Assembly: GCA_021784815.1 (NCBI GenBank)
Contig: JAJYHK010000011.1
Coordinates: 10,954-74,953, forward strand
Length of the DNA stretch: 64,000 nt
Reading direction: 5' to 3'
DNA from: a bacterium
Lineage (GTDB): Bacteria > Patescibacteriota > Minisyncoccia > Phycocordibacterales > Phycocordibacteraceae
Made by a program: the position numbers and the translations under genes. Within the stretch, counting starts at the first letter, position 1; each line of letters opens with the position of its first letter. Below the pieces are notes generated by a model that ran no database searches, was not told the origin of the DNA, and worked only from the letters and a program-made list of their open reading frames with translations. Shown one piece after another: positions 36,670 to 45,522 of this stretch.

Positions 36670-37584
36670 CTATCTACGGCGGGAGTGGTACTTTTGGTGG
36701 ATTTCGCGCAGGCGCGCGTCCGTGACGTGGGTATAGATCTGAGTGGTGTTTATGGAGGCGTGGCCGAGCATTTGCTGTACAGAGCGGATATCAGCGCCAT
36801 TGGCGAGCAAATCGGTGGCAAACGCATGGCGCAAGACGTGCGGGGTGACCTTGCGGGTAATCCCGGCCAGGGCCGCGTACTTTTTAATGTGCCGTTGCAC
36901 GTCTCTGGGAGAGATGCGATGGAGCTTCTTGGGTCGGCCGTCTACAAAGAGCGCTTCTTCCATGTCTTTACGCGCTTTGAGGTACTCAGAAACCGCGCGT
37001 TTAGAAGCAGGGGAGAGGAACACAACACGAACTTTGTCTCCTTTGCCCCGCACGGAGAGCTCGTCGCGCGAGAGGTCGAGGTCGCTATCGAGCGCGCAGA
37101 GTTCGGCGATGCGCAGGCCGGTCGAGAAAAGGAGCTCAAGAATAGCGCGGTCGCGTAGATAGGTAAGGCGTTTTTGTTCGTCTTTTTCCTTTGCGAGCAC
37201 TTCATCTGGTGTCTTGAAGAGTCGGTCGAGCTCGCTCTCCGTGAGGAGATCGATCTGCCGCTCGGGGAGCTTCGCGAGCTCGATACGCTCGGGAGAGAGG
37301 CTCTCGATCCCGCGTTTGCGCAAAAACTTAAGAAATGCGCGCAAGGCGATCATGTAGTAGTTCTGAGTGCGGCGCTTCATGGGGCCGTTCGTGCCTTTCT
37401 GGCGGTTGAGCCATAGGCGGAACTCGCGTATGTTCGACTCGGTGATGTTCGCAGTCTGCGTAATGCCCATCTGGGCGAAGTAGCGGGAGAGGTAACGGTC
37501 GTAGTTTTCAATCGTTTTGACCGCGCGGCCCCGCTCGATTTCGGTGTACTCGAGGAATTGGCGTTTCGCGTCTTCAATATTCAT
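36670..37584 (-). CDS. tyrosine recombinase XerC/XerD family
   Basis: R..HxxR..Y catalytic box: HVLRHAFATDLL...GHASINTTQIYTHV. N-terminal SAM-like domain. ATG at 37584. Confidence 0.85.
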   Translation of the reverse strand: MNIEDAKRQFLEYTEIERGRAVKTIENYDRYLSRYFAQMGITQTANITESNIREFRLWLNRQKGTNGPMKRRTQNYYMIALRAFLKFLRKRGIESLSPERIELAKLPERQIDLLTESELDRLFKTPDEVLAKEKDEQKRLTYLRDRAILELLFSTGLRIAELCALDSDLDLSRDELSVRGKGDKVRVVFLSPASKRAVSEYLKARKDMEEALFVDGRPKKLHRISPRDVQRHIKKYAALAGITRKVTPHVLRHAFATDLLANGADIRSVQQMLGHASINTTQIYTHVTDARLREIHQKYHSRRR

Positions 37585-37690
37585 GAGCAAAGTATACCCC
37601 TACGAAGTGCGCACATTGTTGGTCGGGCACCCCCCGCGCTGACTGCAACACCCTTGCGAGAATAATCAAGATGTGGTAAGGTGTCGCCAC

Positions 37691-37957
37691 ATGCTTACCA
37701 GCAAGAAAAAGACGGCAATCATTAAGGATTCGGCCCGGCATGAGGGGGACACGGGTTCCCCGGATGTACAGGTGGCGCTGCTTTCGCAGCGCATCGAGGA
37801 GCTCACGAAGCACCTCAAGAAGAACCCAAAGGATCTCCACTCTCGTCGCGGCCTTTTGCAGATGGTCGCTGACCGTCGTACCCACCTGCGGTACCTCGAG
37901 GCAAACGATAGGCGCCGCTACAACGCGCTCGTCAAGAAACTCGGGCTCAAGAAATAG
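37691..37957 (+). CDS. rpsO: 30S ribosomal protein S15
   Basis: MLTSKKKTAIIKDSARHEGDTGSPDVQVALLSQRIEELTKHLKKNPKDLHSRRGLL. Confidence 0.9.
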   Translation: MLTSKKKTAIIKDSARHEGDTGSPDVQVALLSQRIEELTKHLKKNPKDLHSRRGLLQMVADRRTHLRYLEANDRRRYNALVKKLGLKK

Positions 37958-37969
37958 GAAATAGGAAAA

Positions 37970-37999
37970 AGGGACAAGCGCCGGCTTCGCCGGCGCTTG
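37970..37999 (+). terminator. terminator-like hairpin after rpsO (acaagcgccggc-ttc-gccggcgcttgt)
   Basis: 12-bp stem. No U-run. Confidence 0.35.
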
Positions 38000-38102
38000 T
38001 GGTAGCATGGGGAAGCGGCAAGGCCGCACATTTTAATGGCATCGTGCATGTGGCGAGCACAGTTCTTTCTGAGCGCACAGTCTCGCCACTCACTCACTTT
38101 TT

Positions 38103-38618
38103 ATGGCAGTAATAAAGCATCCGGCACAGCGCGTGGGGGTTTTTATCGACACGCAGAACCTCTACCATAGCGCCAAACACCTCTATCGTGCGCGCGTGAA
38201 TTTCGGGAAAATCCTTGAAGAAGCTGTGGGCGGCCGAATTCTTGTCCGCGCCATCGCGTACGTCATTAAGACCGATACCGGCGAGGAGTCGGCTTTTTTT
38301 GATGCGCTGACAAAGATCGGCATCGAAACAAAGGTCAAGGACCTTCAGATATTCTCCGATGGTGCTAAAAAAGCGGACTGGGACGTCGGAATTGCAATCG
38401 ACGCGGTCAAACTCGCGCCCAAGCTCGACACGGTCATCCTTGCGACCGGAGACGGTGACTTCATTCCGCTCATTCAGTACCTCGACCTGCACGAAGGGTG
38501 CCAGGTTGAGGTCATCTCCTTTGGTAAGTCTTCCTCGGCCAAACTCAAAGAGGCGGCGCACGCATTTACCGACATGTGCGACGATCCGCGAAAATTCACC
38601 ATTTCCTCCCGCTCGTAA
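38103..38618 (+). CDS. NYN domain (LabA-like/DUF88) protein
   Basis: RVGVFIDTQNLYHSA...ATGDGDFIPLIQYL...GCQVEVISF. Confidence 0.8.
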   Translation: MAVIKHPAQRVGVFIDTQNLYHSAKHLYRARVNFGKILEEAVGGRILVRAIAYVIKTDTGEESAFFDALTKIGIETKVKDLQIFSDGAKKADWDVGIAIDAVKLAPKLDTVILATGDGDFIPLIQYLDLHEGCQVEVISFGKSSSAKLKEAAHAFTDMCDDPRKFTISSRS

Positions 38619-38654
38619 CTAGAAGCCGCAATTATACGCTACTATAGGTAGCGA

Positions 38655-39968
38655 ATGGACGGCGAAGAGAAAAAACAGCAAGGCGCGCAAGAGCCGCTGC
38701 CGGAGAAGCCGAAAAAATTCATCCGCACTTTTGCGGCTGACGCTGAAGCGTTAAAGCAAGGGAACACGCCTGATCTTGTGCCGTACGGTGAATCGGCTAA
38801 CAACGCCAGTGGCAGCGCACCTCCATTGCTCGAGGCGGAGGCGACGGAGAAGGTACCGCTTCCCAAGGAGCCGCCGCCCGATCTAACACCCCAATCGGTC
38901 TCAGAGCTACCGCAGGAACCAGAACCAGAACCAGAACCAATCCCCGAGCCTCAACCTGAACCGTCGCCAGAACCCATTCCAGAGCCGGCAATAATAATTG
39001 AACCGCCTATGATTGCTGCTCCACCGCCTCCCGAACCCGAACCCGAACCCGCTCCAGAGGTTGGAAACGAGCTACCCGTGTCGGTCGAACCGCCGACCAT
39101 CGAGGTGCGCGGCCCAGCACCCTTGCCGATCGAGACCTATTCGAGTGATTTCTCGGACCACTTGCGCGATACCGACGCATCGGCGATGACCGTGCTCGCT
39201 GCACAGCAAGATGCTCCGTCCGTCGCGCCGCGTCCGCCAAGCCATGTTCTTGCGAATGCACTCTACTTTGGCGCCAGCCTCGTGCTGCTTCTCGTGGGTG
39301 TCGTCGGAGCGTATGGAGCATACCAGTACTACGAGCGCGGGCGGGCGCCGGTCGCTGTCACGTCGGCCGTATCCGCACCGATTTTTGTGGATGAGCGCGC
39401 AGCGATTTCCGGTACCGGTCTTGTGCTCGAGCGCGCGATCGCGCAATCCGTCGCAACGCCGCCCGCCGAGGGTATGGTGCGTCTGCTCTATACGACCGAT
39501 GCAACCTCGACCGACAACAACATTTTTCTCGCTATGCAGCTGCCTGCCCCGGGCGAGCTCCTCCGCAACCTCGCGCTGTCGGGGGGCATGGCGGGGGTTC
39601 TCACCAGTAACGGCCAGGCGAGTCCTTTCTTCATTCTGCCTGTAGCCTCGTATGCGGACACCTTCGCGGGCATGCTTGACTGGGAGCCGACGTTACCAGA
39701 AAGCATGCGCCTGCTCTACCCGCCCTATCCATCGGCCGGCACAACGACCACTGGTACCGCGACAAGTACGGTGCGGGCACCTCAGCCAGTAGGAACCTTT
39801 ATCGATGAGATTGTTGCGAACCACAATACGCGCGTGTACAAGGGCGCAAGCGGGCACACAGTGCTCCTCTACGGATACTGGAATCAATCGACTCTGATCA
39901 TTGCGCGTAATAGTGCAGCTTTTACGGAAATCGTGAATCGTCTCGCGAATTCGAGCAGCAGTTCCTAG
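38655..39968 (+). CDS. Pro/Glu-rich membrane-anchored hypothetical protein
   Basis: PEPEPEPEPIPEPQPEPSPEPIPEP tandem repeats, one central TM helix, C-terminal globular domain. Confidence 0.5.
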   Translation: MDGEEKKQQGAQEPLPEKPKKFIRTFAADAEALKQGNTPDLVPYGESANNASGSAPPLLEAEATEKVPLPKEPPPDLTPQSVSELPQEPEPEPEPIPEPQPEPSPEPIPEPAIIIEPPMIAAPPPPEPEPEPAPEVGNELPVSVEPPTIEVRGPAPLPIETYSSDFSDHLRDTDASAMTVLAAQQDAPSVAPRPPSHVLANALYFGASLVLLLVGVVGAYGAYQYYERGRAPVAVTSAVSAPIFVDERAAISGTGLVLERAIAQSVATPPAEGMVRLLYTTDATSTDNNIFLAMQLPAPGELLRNLALSGGMAGVLTSNGQASPFFILPVASYADTFAGMLDWEPTLPESMRLLYPPYPSAGTTTTGTATSTVRAPQPVGTFIDEIVANHNTRVYKGASGHTVLLYGYWNQSTLIIARNSAAFTEIVNRLANSSSSS

Positions 39969-40033
39969 AACTCATTTCAAAATAATAATGGCGAACGGGG
40001 ATGGCAAGTTTTTTCATAGAAAAGTAGCTAGTA

Positions 40034-41683
40034 TTGAAACGAGTTCTAGGGTGCAGTTATGCACAGCGCGCGTCGCGGACGCGGCGCCTTTGGACTGCGC
40101 TCGCTATACTGCGCATAGTGTCGGATCCCGCTCGCAGCACCCCGCCGGTAGCGCGGCAGCCACGAACCAAGCCCGGATATGCTAAAGTCCTCGCTGCACA
40201 GCCACTCGGCGCGAACGCCGCACTCGTGACGGTTGAAGCTGACCTTACGCGGGGGCTCCATGCTTTTTCGGTGGTAGGCTTACCGGACAAGGCAGTTGAA
40301 GAAGCGCGTGATCGCATAAGCGCCGCCATTCGCCACGCGGGTTGCAAGCCGCCTAAGCAGCAAAATAAGCGCATCGTCCTCGCGCTCTCTCCGGCAGATC
40401 TTAAAAAAGAGGGGTCGCACTACGATCTACCGCTTGCACTTGCGTATCTCATTGCTGCGGGCGATCTGCCCGAGCCCTCGGAACCGATGCTCTTCAGCGG
40501 CGAGCTTTCACTCGACGGCGGGCTGCGCAGTGTTCGGGGTGTCCTGCCCCAAGTACTTGCGGCGAAGTGTGCGGGTATTGCTACGGTATTTGTGCCGAGT
40601 GAGAATGTGCGTGAAGCCCTCCTTGCCGAAGGGATCGCGGTTTATGCGCCGCAAACGCTCGCTGATGCGCTCGCGCACCTGCGCGGGGGAAAGCCGCTGC
40701 CGCGCGCCGTGCGCGGGTGCCGAACCGAGATATCCGAACCGGCTGTTGACCTGCGCGACATAAAAGGGCAAGAAAGTGCGAAGCGCGCGCTTGAGATTGC
40801 CGCTGCGGGCCGGCACAATATCGTCCTCTATGGGCCGCCGGGTACCGGCAAAACCATGCTTGCACGCGCCTTGCCCGGCATTCTACCGCCTCTAACGAAC
40901 GATGAGGCGCTTGAAGTGACGGCAATTCATTCGACCGCTGGTTTGCTGAGGAGCGGCGAAGTCGTGCACTACCCGCCTTTACGCTCACCGCACCACAGCG
41001 TTTCCATGGCGGCGATAGTCGGCGGCGGGACGGTGCCCAAAGCAGGCGAAGTAACACTTGCGCACCGGGGCGTACTTTTCCTCGACGAGTTCCCGGAGTT
41101 CGACCCGCGCACGCTCGAGGCGCTGCGTCAGCCGCTTGAGGACCGGGTGGTCACGGTTGCGCGCGCAAAGGCGAGTATCATCTTTCCGGCCGACTGCATG
41201 CTGGTCGCAGCCATGAACCCGGCCGAAACGCTCTCAAGCGATTCGCGAGTAGCGGAGCGTGCGGCCGTACGCCAGGCGCGCCGTATCTCGCGGCCCATTG
41301 CCGATCGGCTCGACCTGTGGGTCGAGGTGCCGCACGTGCCGCATGAGACGCTCGCAAAGCTTACAGCCGGCGAATCATCTGACGTGGTTCGCGTACGGGT
41401 CGCTGCTGCGCGCAGCAAGGCACAGCAGCGCACGGGCTTTGCTGGTGCGGCCAATGCGGCGCTTTCTCCGCGGCAGCTTGATGAGATCAGCTGCATTTCG
41501 CCGACGGCGCGCGCTGCGCTTTCCGCGGCAGCCGCCCGGCTTGGCCTCTCTCCCCGCGGCTACCACCGCACGTTGCGCGTGGCGCGCACGATTGCCGACC
41601 TCGCCCAGAGCGATTCGGTCGAAGCGCCGCATGTGCTCGAAGCGCTTCAGTACCGCCCCCGCGGGCTTCTAGGTTTTGAATAG
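40034..41683 (+). CDS. comM: YifB/ComM family Mg-chelatase-like AAA+ ATPase
   Basis: N-terminal Lon-like domain ([22 protein letters not shown]), Walker [12 protein letters not shown], ChlI C-terminus. Start codon uncertain: there is no in-frame ATG near the conserved N-terminus; a GTG at 40118 and an out-of-frame ATG at about 40180 are candidates. Confidence 0.75.
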   Translation: MKRVLGCSYAQRASRTRRLWTALAILRIVSDPARSTPPVARQPRTKPGYAKVLAAQPLGANAALVTVEADLTRGLHAFSVVGLPDKAVEEARDRISAAIRHAGCKPPKQQNKRIVLALSPADLKKEGSHYDLPLALAYLIAAGDLPEPSEPMLFSGELSLDGGLRSVRGVLPQVLAAKCAGIATVFVPSENVREALLAEGIAVYAPQTLADALAHLRGGKPLPRAVRGCRTEISEPAVDLRDIKGQESAKRALEIAAAGRHNIVLYGPPGTGKTMLARALPGILPPLTNDEALEVTAIHSTAGLLRSGEVVHYPPLRSPHHSVSMAAIVGGGTVPKAGEVTLAHRGVLFLDEFPEFDPRTLEALRQPLEDRVVTVARAKASIIFPADCMLVAAMNPAETLSSDSRVAERAAVRQARRISRPIADRLDLWVEVPHVPHETLAKLTAGESSDVVRVRVAAARSKAQQRTGFAGAANAALSPRQLDEISCISPTARAALSAAAARLGLSPRGYHRTLRVARTIADLAQSDSVEAPHVLEALQYRPRGLLGFE

Positions 41684-41701
41684 AACGGCTAAGCGTGCAG
41701 C

Positions 41702-42151
41702 ATGGGTTTCATGGATATAGATCTGCGAGCCCGCGCGAAAGAAGTGTTGGCACAGACGCATGTAATGACGCTCGCGGTGCACGACGAAGCGGGCGTGTGG
41801 GCTGCCGATGTTATTTTCGTCTACGACGACGAACTTCGGCTGTACTGGATCAGTGATCCGGACACGCGCCACTCGCGCGCGATCGAAGCGGATGGCGAAG
41901 CGGCGGCGACCATTACCGCAAGCACGAAAAGCAAGGAGCCGGACTTCGGACTGCAGCTCGCCGGAAAGGTGCAGCGGCTCTCTGGTCCGCGTCCCGAGCC
42001 CATGGCAAAGCATTTTGGGAAACGGGGGCGCAGCCTCCCCGAGGAATCCGAAAACCCGTTCGAAGGTTTAGCGTGGTACGAGTTCGAATCGCACACGATT
42101 CATTTGATAGACGAAGCGAACTTCGGATTTGGAGCGCAGAACGTGCCGTGA
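41702..42151 (+). CDS. pyridoxamine 5'-phosphate oxidase-like FMN-binding protein
   Basis: Short PNPOx-like split-barrel pattern (MTLAVHDEAGVWAADVIFVYDD...). Confidence 0.6.
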   Translation: MGFMDIDLRARAKEVLAQTHVMTLAVHDEAGVWAADVIFVYDDELRLYWISDPDTRHSRAIEADGEAAATITASTKSKEPDFGLQLAGKVQRLSGPRPEPMAKHFGKRGRSLPEESENPFEGLAWYEFESHTIHLIDEANFGFGAQNVP

Positions 42152-42226
42152 CGCAAAAGCGTGCGTGTTCGGGGCGGCAGCGGGCGCTGTGGCCATGCAT
42201 TGCCGCCTCCGTGTACTATGGGCGGA

Positions 42227-42850
42227 ATGACGGAGCACGGGCTGATCGCGGAATCGGTGCGGGTACTCAAGCTCGACGCGCGCCTGGGCGCGTTCATTAC
42301 GTCATGCGGCCCACTACCATTCCGCCATGCGCATACCGAGGATCCGTTTCAGGCGTTGTGCCGATCGATCATCTACCAGCAGATTTCCGGAAGCGCGGCG
42401 GCTTCCGTACTCGCGCGCTTCAAAACGCTCTGGCCGCGCAAGACGTTTCCCGCGCCGCGCGACGTGACGCGTTCCGACCCGGTTCGTTTGCGTTCGAGTG
42501 GGTTGTCGCAACAGAAGGCGGGCTACCTCAAGGATCTCGCGGCGAAGTTTTTGGACGGCACGATTGATCCCGCGCAGTTTCCAAAGATGAGCGACGAGGA
42601 AATCATCGAGCATGTGTGCGCGGTGAAAGGAGTCGGTCGTTGGACCGCGCAGATGTTTCTCATGTTTACGCTCCACCGGCCCGACGTGTTACCGACCGGC
42701 GACCTGGGCATCCAGAAGGCGTTTCAGCGCGTGTTCCATTTAAGGAGGCTTCCGACGCCGCAGCGGATGGAGGTGCTTTCGGCACCCTGGCGCGGTCACC
42801 GCACCGTCGCCTGTTTCTATTTGTGGCGCATGCTTGATACCAAGAGTTAG
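42227..42850 (+). CDS. HhH-GPD DNA glycosylase (AlkA-like 3-methyladenine glycosylase II)
   Basis: GVGRWTAQMFLMFTLHRPDVLPTGDLGIQKA helix-hairpin-helix with catalytic Asp. Confidence 0.75.
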   Translation: MTEHGLIAESVRVLKLDARLGAFITSCGPLPFRHAHTEDPFQALCRSIIYQQISGSAAASVLARFKTLWPRKTFPAPRDVTRSDPVRLRSSGLSQQKAGYLKDLAAKFLDGTIDPAQFPKMSDEEIIEHVCAVKGVGRWTAQMFLMFTLHRPDVLPTGDLGIQKAFQRVFHLRRLPTPQRMEVLSAPWRGHRTVACFYLWRMLDTKS

Positions 42851-43068
42851 CCGTCGGCAACGGCACAAAGACGCAACCTCGATGAAACGTCTGCGGGCGC
42901 TCGCCGCTTATGCGTGTCAGACAGGGGAAGGACATGCGAGCGCTTATGCGCATCTCCGCACAGGTCGAGCAAAATGAGCTAGCTCGCACCAAAGCGTGCT
43001 CGTCGTGCACGCAAAACGCGTTCGGTAAGGTCGGGATAACTCAAACGTCACCACATACATAATAAGCC

Positions 43069-43776
43069 ATGCAAAGGAATATCTTTCTTGCGCTCCTGGT
43101 GTTCTTCATTGTGTTTGCAGGGGTTTTGTTTTTGCGGGGACGGGGCTCAGGAACCGCTCCGCAAATGGGCGCGACAATGCCGGCAAGCACGACTACTGCG
43201 ACTACCGCAAGCACGACCTCCGATGGCACGATAACGTTCGTGCGCCTTCCGGGGCTCGGGCTGGCGATAACGCCTGAACAAGCGCCGAAGAGCTACATTC
43301 CGCCGTGCGCGGAGGGGTTCAGATACTGTCTCTACTACGATGGCACGGCCTACCAGGCCACCAATTTTGAAAGCGCGGGGCTCAGTATCACCACGCGGCC
43401 GGATCTTTCGACAGAGCACGCCTGTTTGATGACGCCGCCGATGGCGTACGGTTCAAGCCTTCCGCCCGTAATGAACACGATGAGCGGGTATGCGACGAGC
43501 GTCTTTGCACCCGTGGGTGTCGCCGCTATGGGGCACTATGCAAGCGGAGCCGCATACCGCCTCTGGGTATCGGGCCGCGCGGTGTGCTATGCCTTCGACA
43601 CGCGCGTGAGCGAAGCGGCGTTCGCGAACTATCCGGCGGGGAGCGTCAAGGAGTTTACGGCTACCGCTCACGAACAACTGGCGCAACTCCTCGGCGAGGA
43701 GCTCAATACCGTAACGCTTTTTGCAAGCAGCGCCCCGGTATCGGTCACGTTTCCTGTGCCGCCGGCGAAAGGGTGA
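43069..43776 (+). CDS. hypothetical membrane-anchored secreted protein
   Basis: N-terminal TM/signal and Thr-rich linker. No motif. Confidence 0.45.
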   Translation: MQRNIFLALLVFFIVFAGVLFLRGRGSGTAPQMGATMPASTTTATTASTTSDGTITFVRLPGLGLAITPEQAPKSYIPPCAEGFRYCLYYDGTAYQATNFESAGLSITTRPDLSTEHACLMTPPMAYGSSLPPVMNTMSGYATSVFAPVGVAAMGHYASGAAYRLWVSGRAVCYAFDTRVSEAAFANYPAGSVKEFTATAHEQLAQLLGEELNTVTLFASSAPVSVTFPVPPAKG

Positions 43777-43835
43777 CGTCGTGTGCCGGTTGACTCAGTT
43801 TTGTCCGCATTACGCACAACCTAACTTCGTTCTCT

Positions 43836-44081
43836 ATGTCTAAGGGTGCCACCGAATCAACCGCCTCTGCTGAACCCTTGCCAGAAAAAGAAACACCGGC
43901 CGCTCGAAGAAAGATCGAAGGCGATATCGCCCTGTGGACCGAAAAGCTCAAGGTCGCGCGGGCAAAGCTTAAGGAAAATCCAGAGGATGCAAGTGCGGAG
44001 TACTACCGCAGCACGGCGTTTACCACGTTAACGGAGCTACAGCGTGAGCTCGCGCGTTTAACAGATGCCGAGGCAGGGTGA
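43836..44081 (+). CDS. hypothetical small coiled-coil protein
   Basis: 81 aa, followed by a bidirectional terminator. Confidence 0.35.
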   Translation: MSKGATESTASAEPLPEKETPAARRKIEGDIALWTEKLKVARAKLKENPEDASAEYYRSTAFTTLTELQRELARLTDAEAG

Positions 44082-44084
44082 GCG

Positions 44085-44123
44085 AAGAGGGAACCGTCGA
44101 CACCGCGCCGACGGTTTCCTCTT
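44085..44123. terminator. bidirectional terminator hairpin (15-bp stem, one G-U)
   Basis: aagagggaaccgtcg-acaccgcgc-cgacggtttcctctt between convergent genes. Confidence 0.55.
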
Positions 44124-45192
44124 ACTGCGGATTGCAGGAACTGCCGATCGGGCAGTTGCGGAATGGGTTTGCCGCGCCGCGCACTTCAAAGTGCACATGC
44201 GGACCGGTAGTCCAACCGGTCATGCCGATGTAGCCGATGATCTGGCCCTTTGAAACGGTTTCGCCGGGGTGTACGGCATCGCGCTTCATGTGCGCATAAA
44301 GCGTCTGGACGCCGTTTTTGAGGTTGATGACGACGTAATTGCCGTAGCCGCCATCCCAGGCGCCCGTATCGCGCGCAATAATGACGGTACCGGCTGCGGC
44401 GGCATGGATGGGGGTGCCGATCGGCGCGCCGATGTCGACGGCGTCCCAGCCGTGAATTCCTTGGGTAATGATGCCACCGGGTACCGGGTTCCCGAAGAAA
44501 CCGTTAAGCGCCGGGCCGCTACCGCCGAGGTACGGTTCGTGCACGCCCGGTGCATTGGATGCCCGGCTAGAAGACGCGTGCTTCGGCGCGCCGCTGCTTG
44601 GACTTGGAACAGAGAGTTCGCCACCCGGAATCGTGATTTTGGTGCCGACCGGGAGCGGCTTCTCGGGATCGAGGCCGTTGTACTCGGCGATCTCGGTCGG
44701 ATCAGCGTGGTACCTGGTCGCAATTGAGGCAAGCGTCTCGCCTTTCCCGATGGTGTGCTCAATCCCCGACACGGGAAGGATAATGAGGGTGTCTCCCGGT
44801 CGAATATCGTTCGGGCCGCTCAGGTTATTAGCCCAAATGATCGTGTTTATGGAGACCCCGAACATACGAGCGATTCCCCAAAGGGTGTCGCCGCGCCGCA
44901 CGACATAGGTGGAAATCCGGTCCGACGGTGTCGTCGAAGCTATGTCGGCCAAGGTGCCGGAGGGGCCGGTATAGGCAACAAGCGCGCCGCCAGAGGTGGC
45001 GAGCGCTATTGGGGCGCTTAGGTTCGGATTACTATTGGTCGGGGCAACGAGCGCTGGTGTCGAAGCGCTCGGAACGGCAGCGCCGGTAGCTGCAGCTACG
45101 TCCGTCGAGAACGGCCAAAACGCCTTCGCCTTGCTCGGAAGCATGGACGCCGCAAGCGCAACCAGGGCGAATCCTGCTAGTAGGAGCGCCAC
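44122..45192 (-). CDS. LysM plus M23 family peptidase (murein endopeptidase)
   Basis: LysM (YVVRRGDTLWGIARMFGVSINTIIWANN; second LysM) and M23 motifs (HGWDAVDIGAP...GPHVHFEV). Confidence 0.8.
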   Translation of the reverse strand: MALLLAGFALVALAASMLPSKAKAFWPFSTDVAAATGAAVPSASTPALVAPTNSNPNLSAPIALATSGGALVAYTGPSGTLADIASTTPSDRISTYVVRRGDTLWGIARMFGVSINTIIWANNLSGPNDIRPGDTLIILPVSGIEHTIGKGETLASIATRYHADPTEIAEYNGLDPEKPLPVGTKITIPGGELSVPSPSSGAPKHASSSRASNAPGVHEPYLGGSGPALNGFFGNPVPGGIITQGIHGWDAVDIGAPIGTPIHAAAAGTVIIARDTGAWDGGYGNYVVINLKNGVQTLYAHMKRDAVHPGETVSKGQIIGYIGMTGWTTGPHVHFEVRGAANPFRNCPIGSSCNPQ

Positions 45193-45522
45193 TTGCTCGA
45201 GCGTTTTATATAAATCCGGGGTATCGCGCTGCGATACAGAATCGGGGGTTCTTTCGGGGGAATCTATACGCTAGGGAAGCACGTCAGGCGTTCGGCGATA
45301 ATACAAAAATGGCTTAGTTAAGCCATTTCTTTCGTCCATCCATTCAGTCAGTACCGGCAGTATAGCGGACTACCCAGGTCGGTCAACTCCAGTACATGAA
45401 GATTGTGTGGAGAGCAGTCTTGTGGTGTACTATGGCCCGTTATCGCGGTTGCGCTGCTATCCTGCACGTGGTTCGGCTGTGCATACTAGCTAATCCTCCA
45501 CTGTGCTAGGTATAGTGCCAAG

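Noticed and set aside
42666-43010. 114-aa ORF on the minus strand between alkA-like and the next gene
   Set aside because: It overlaps the 3' end of the glycosylase gene antisense. It has an Arg-rich composition and no RBS.
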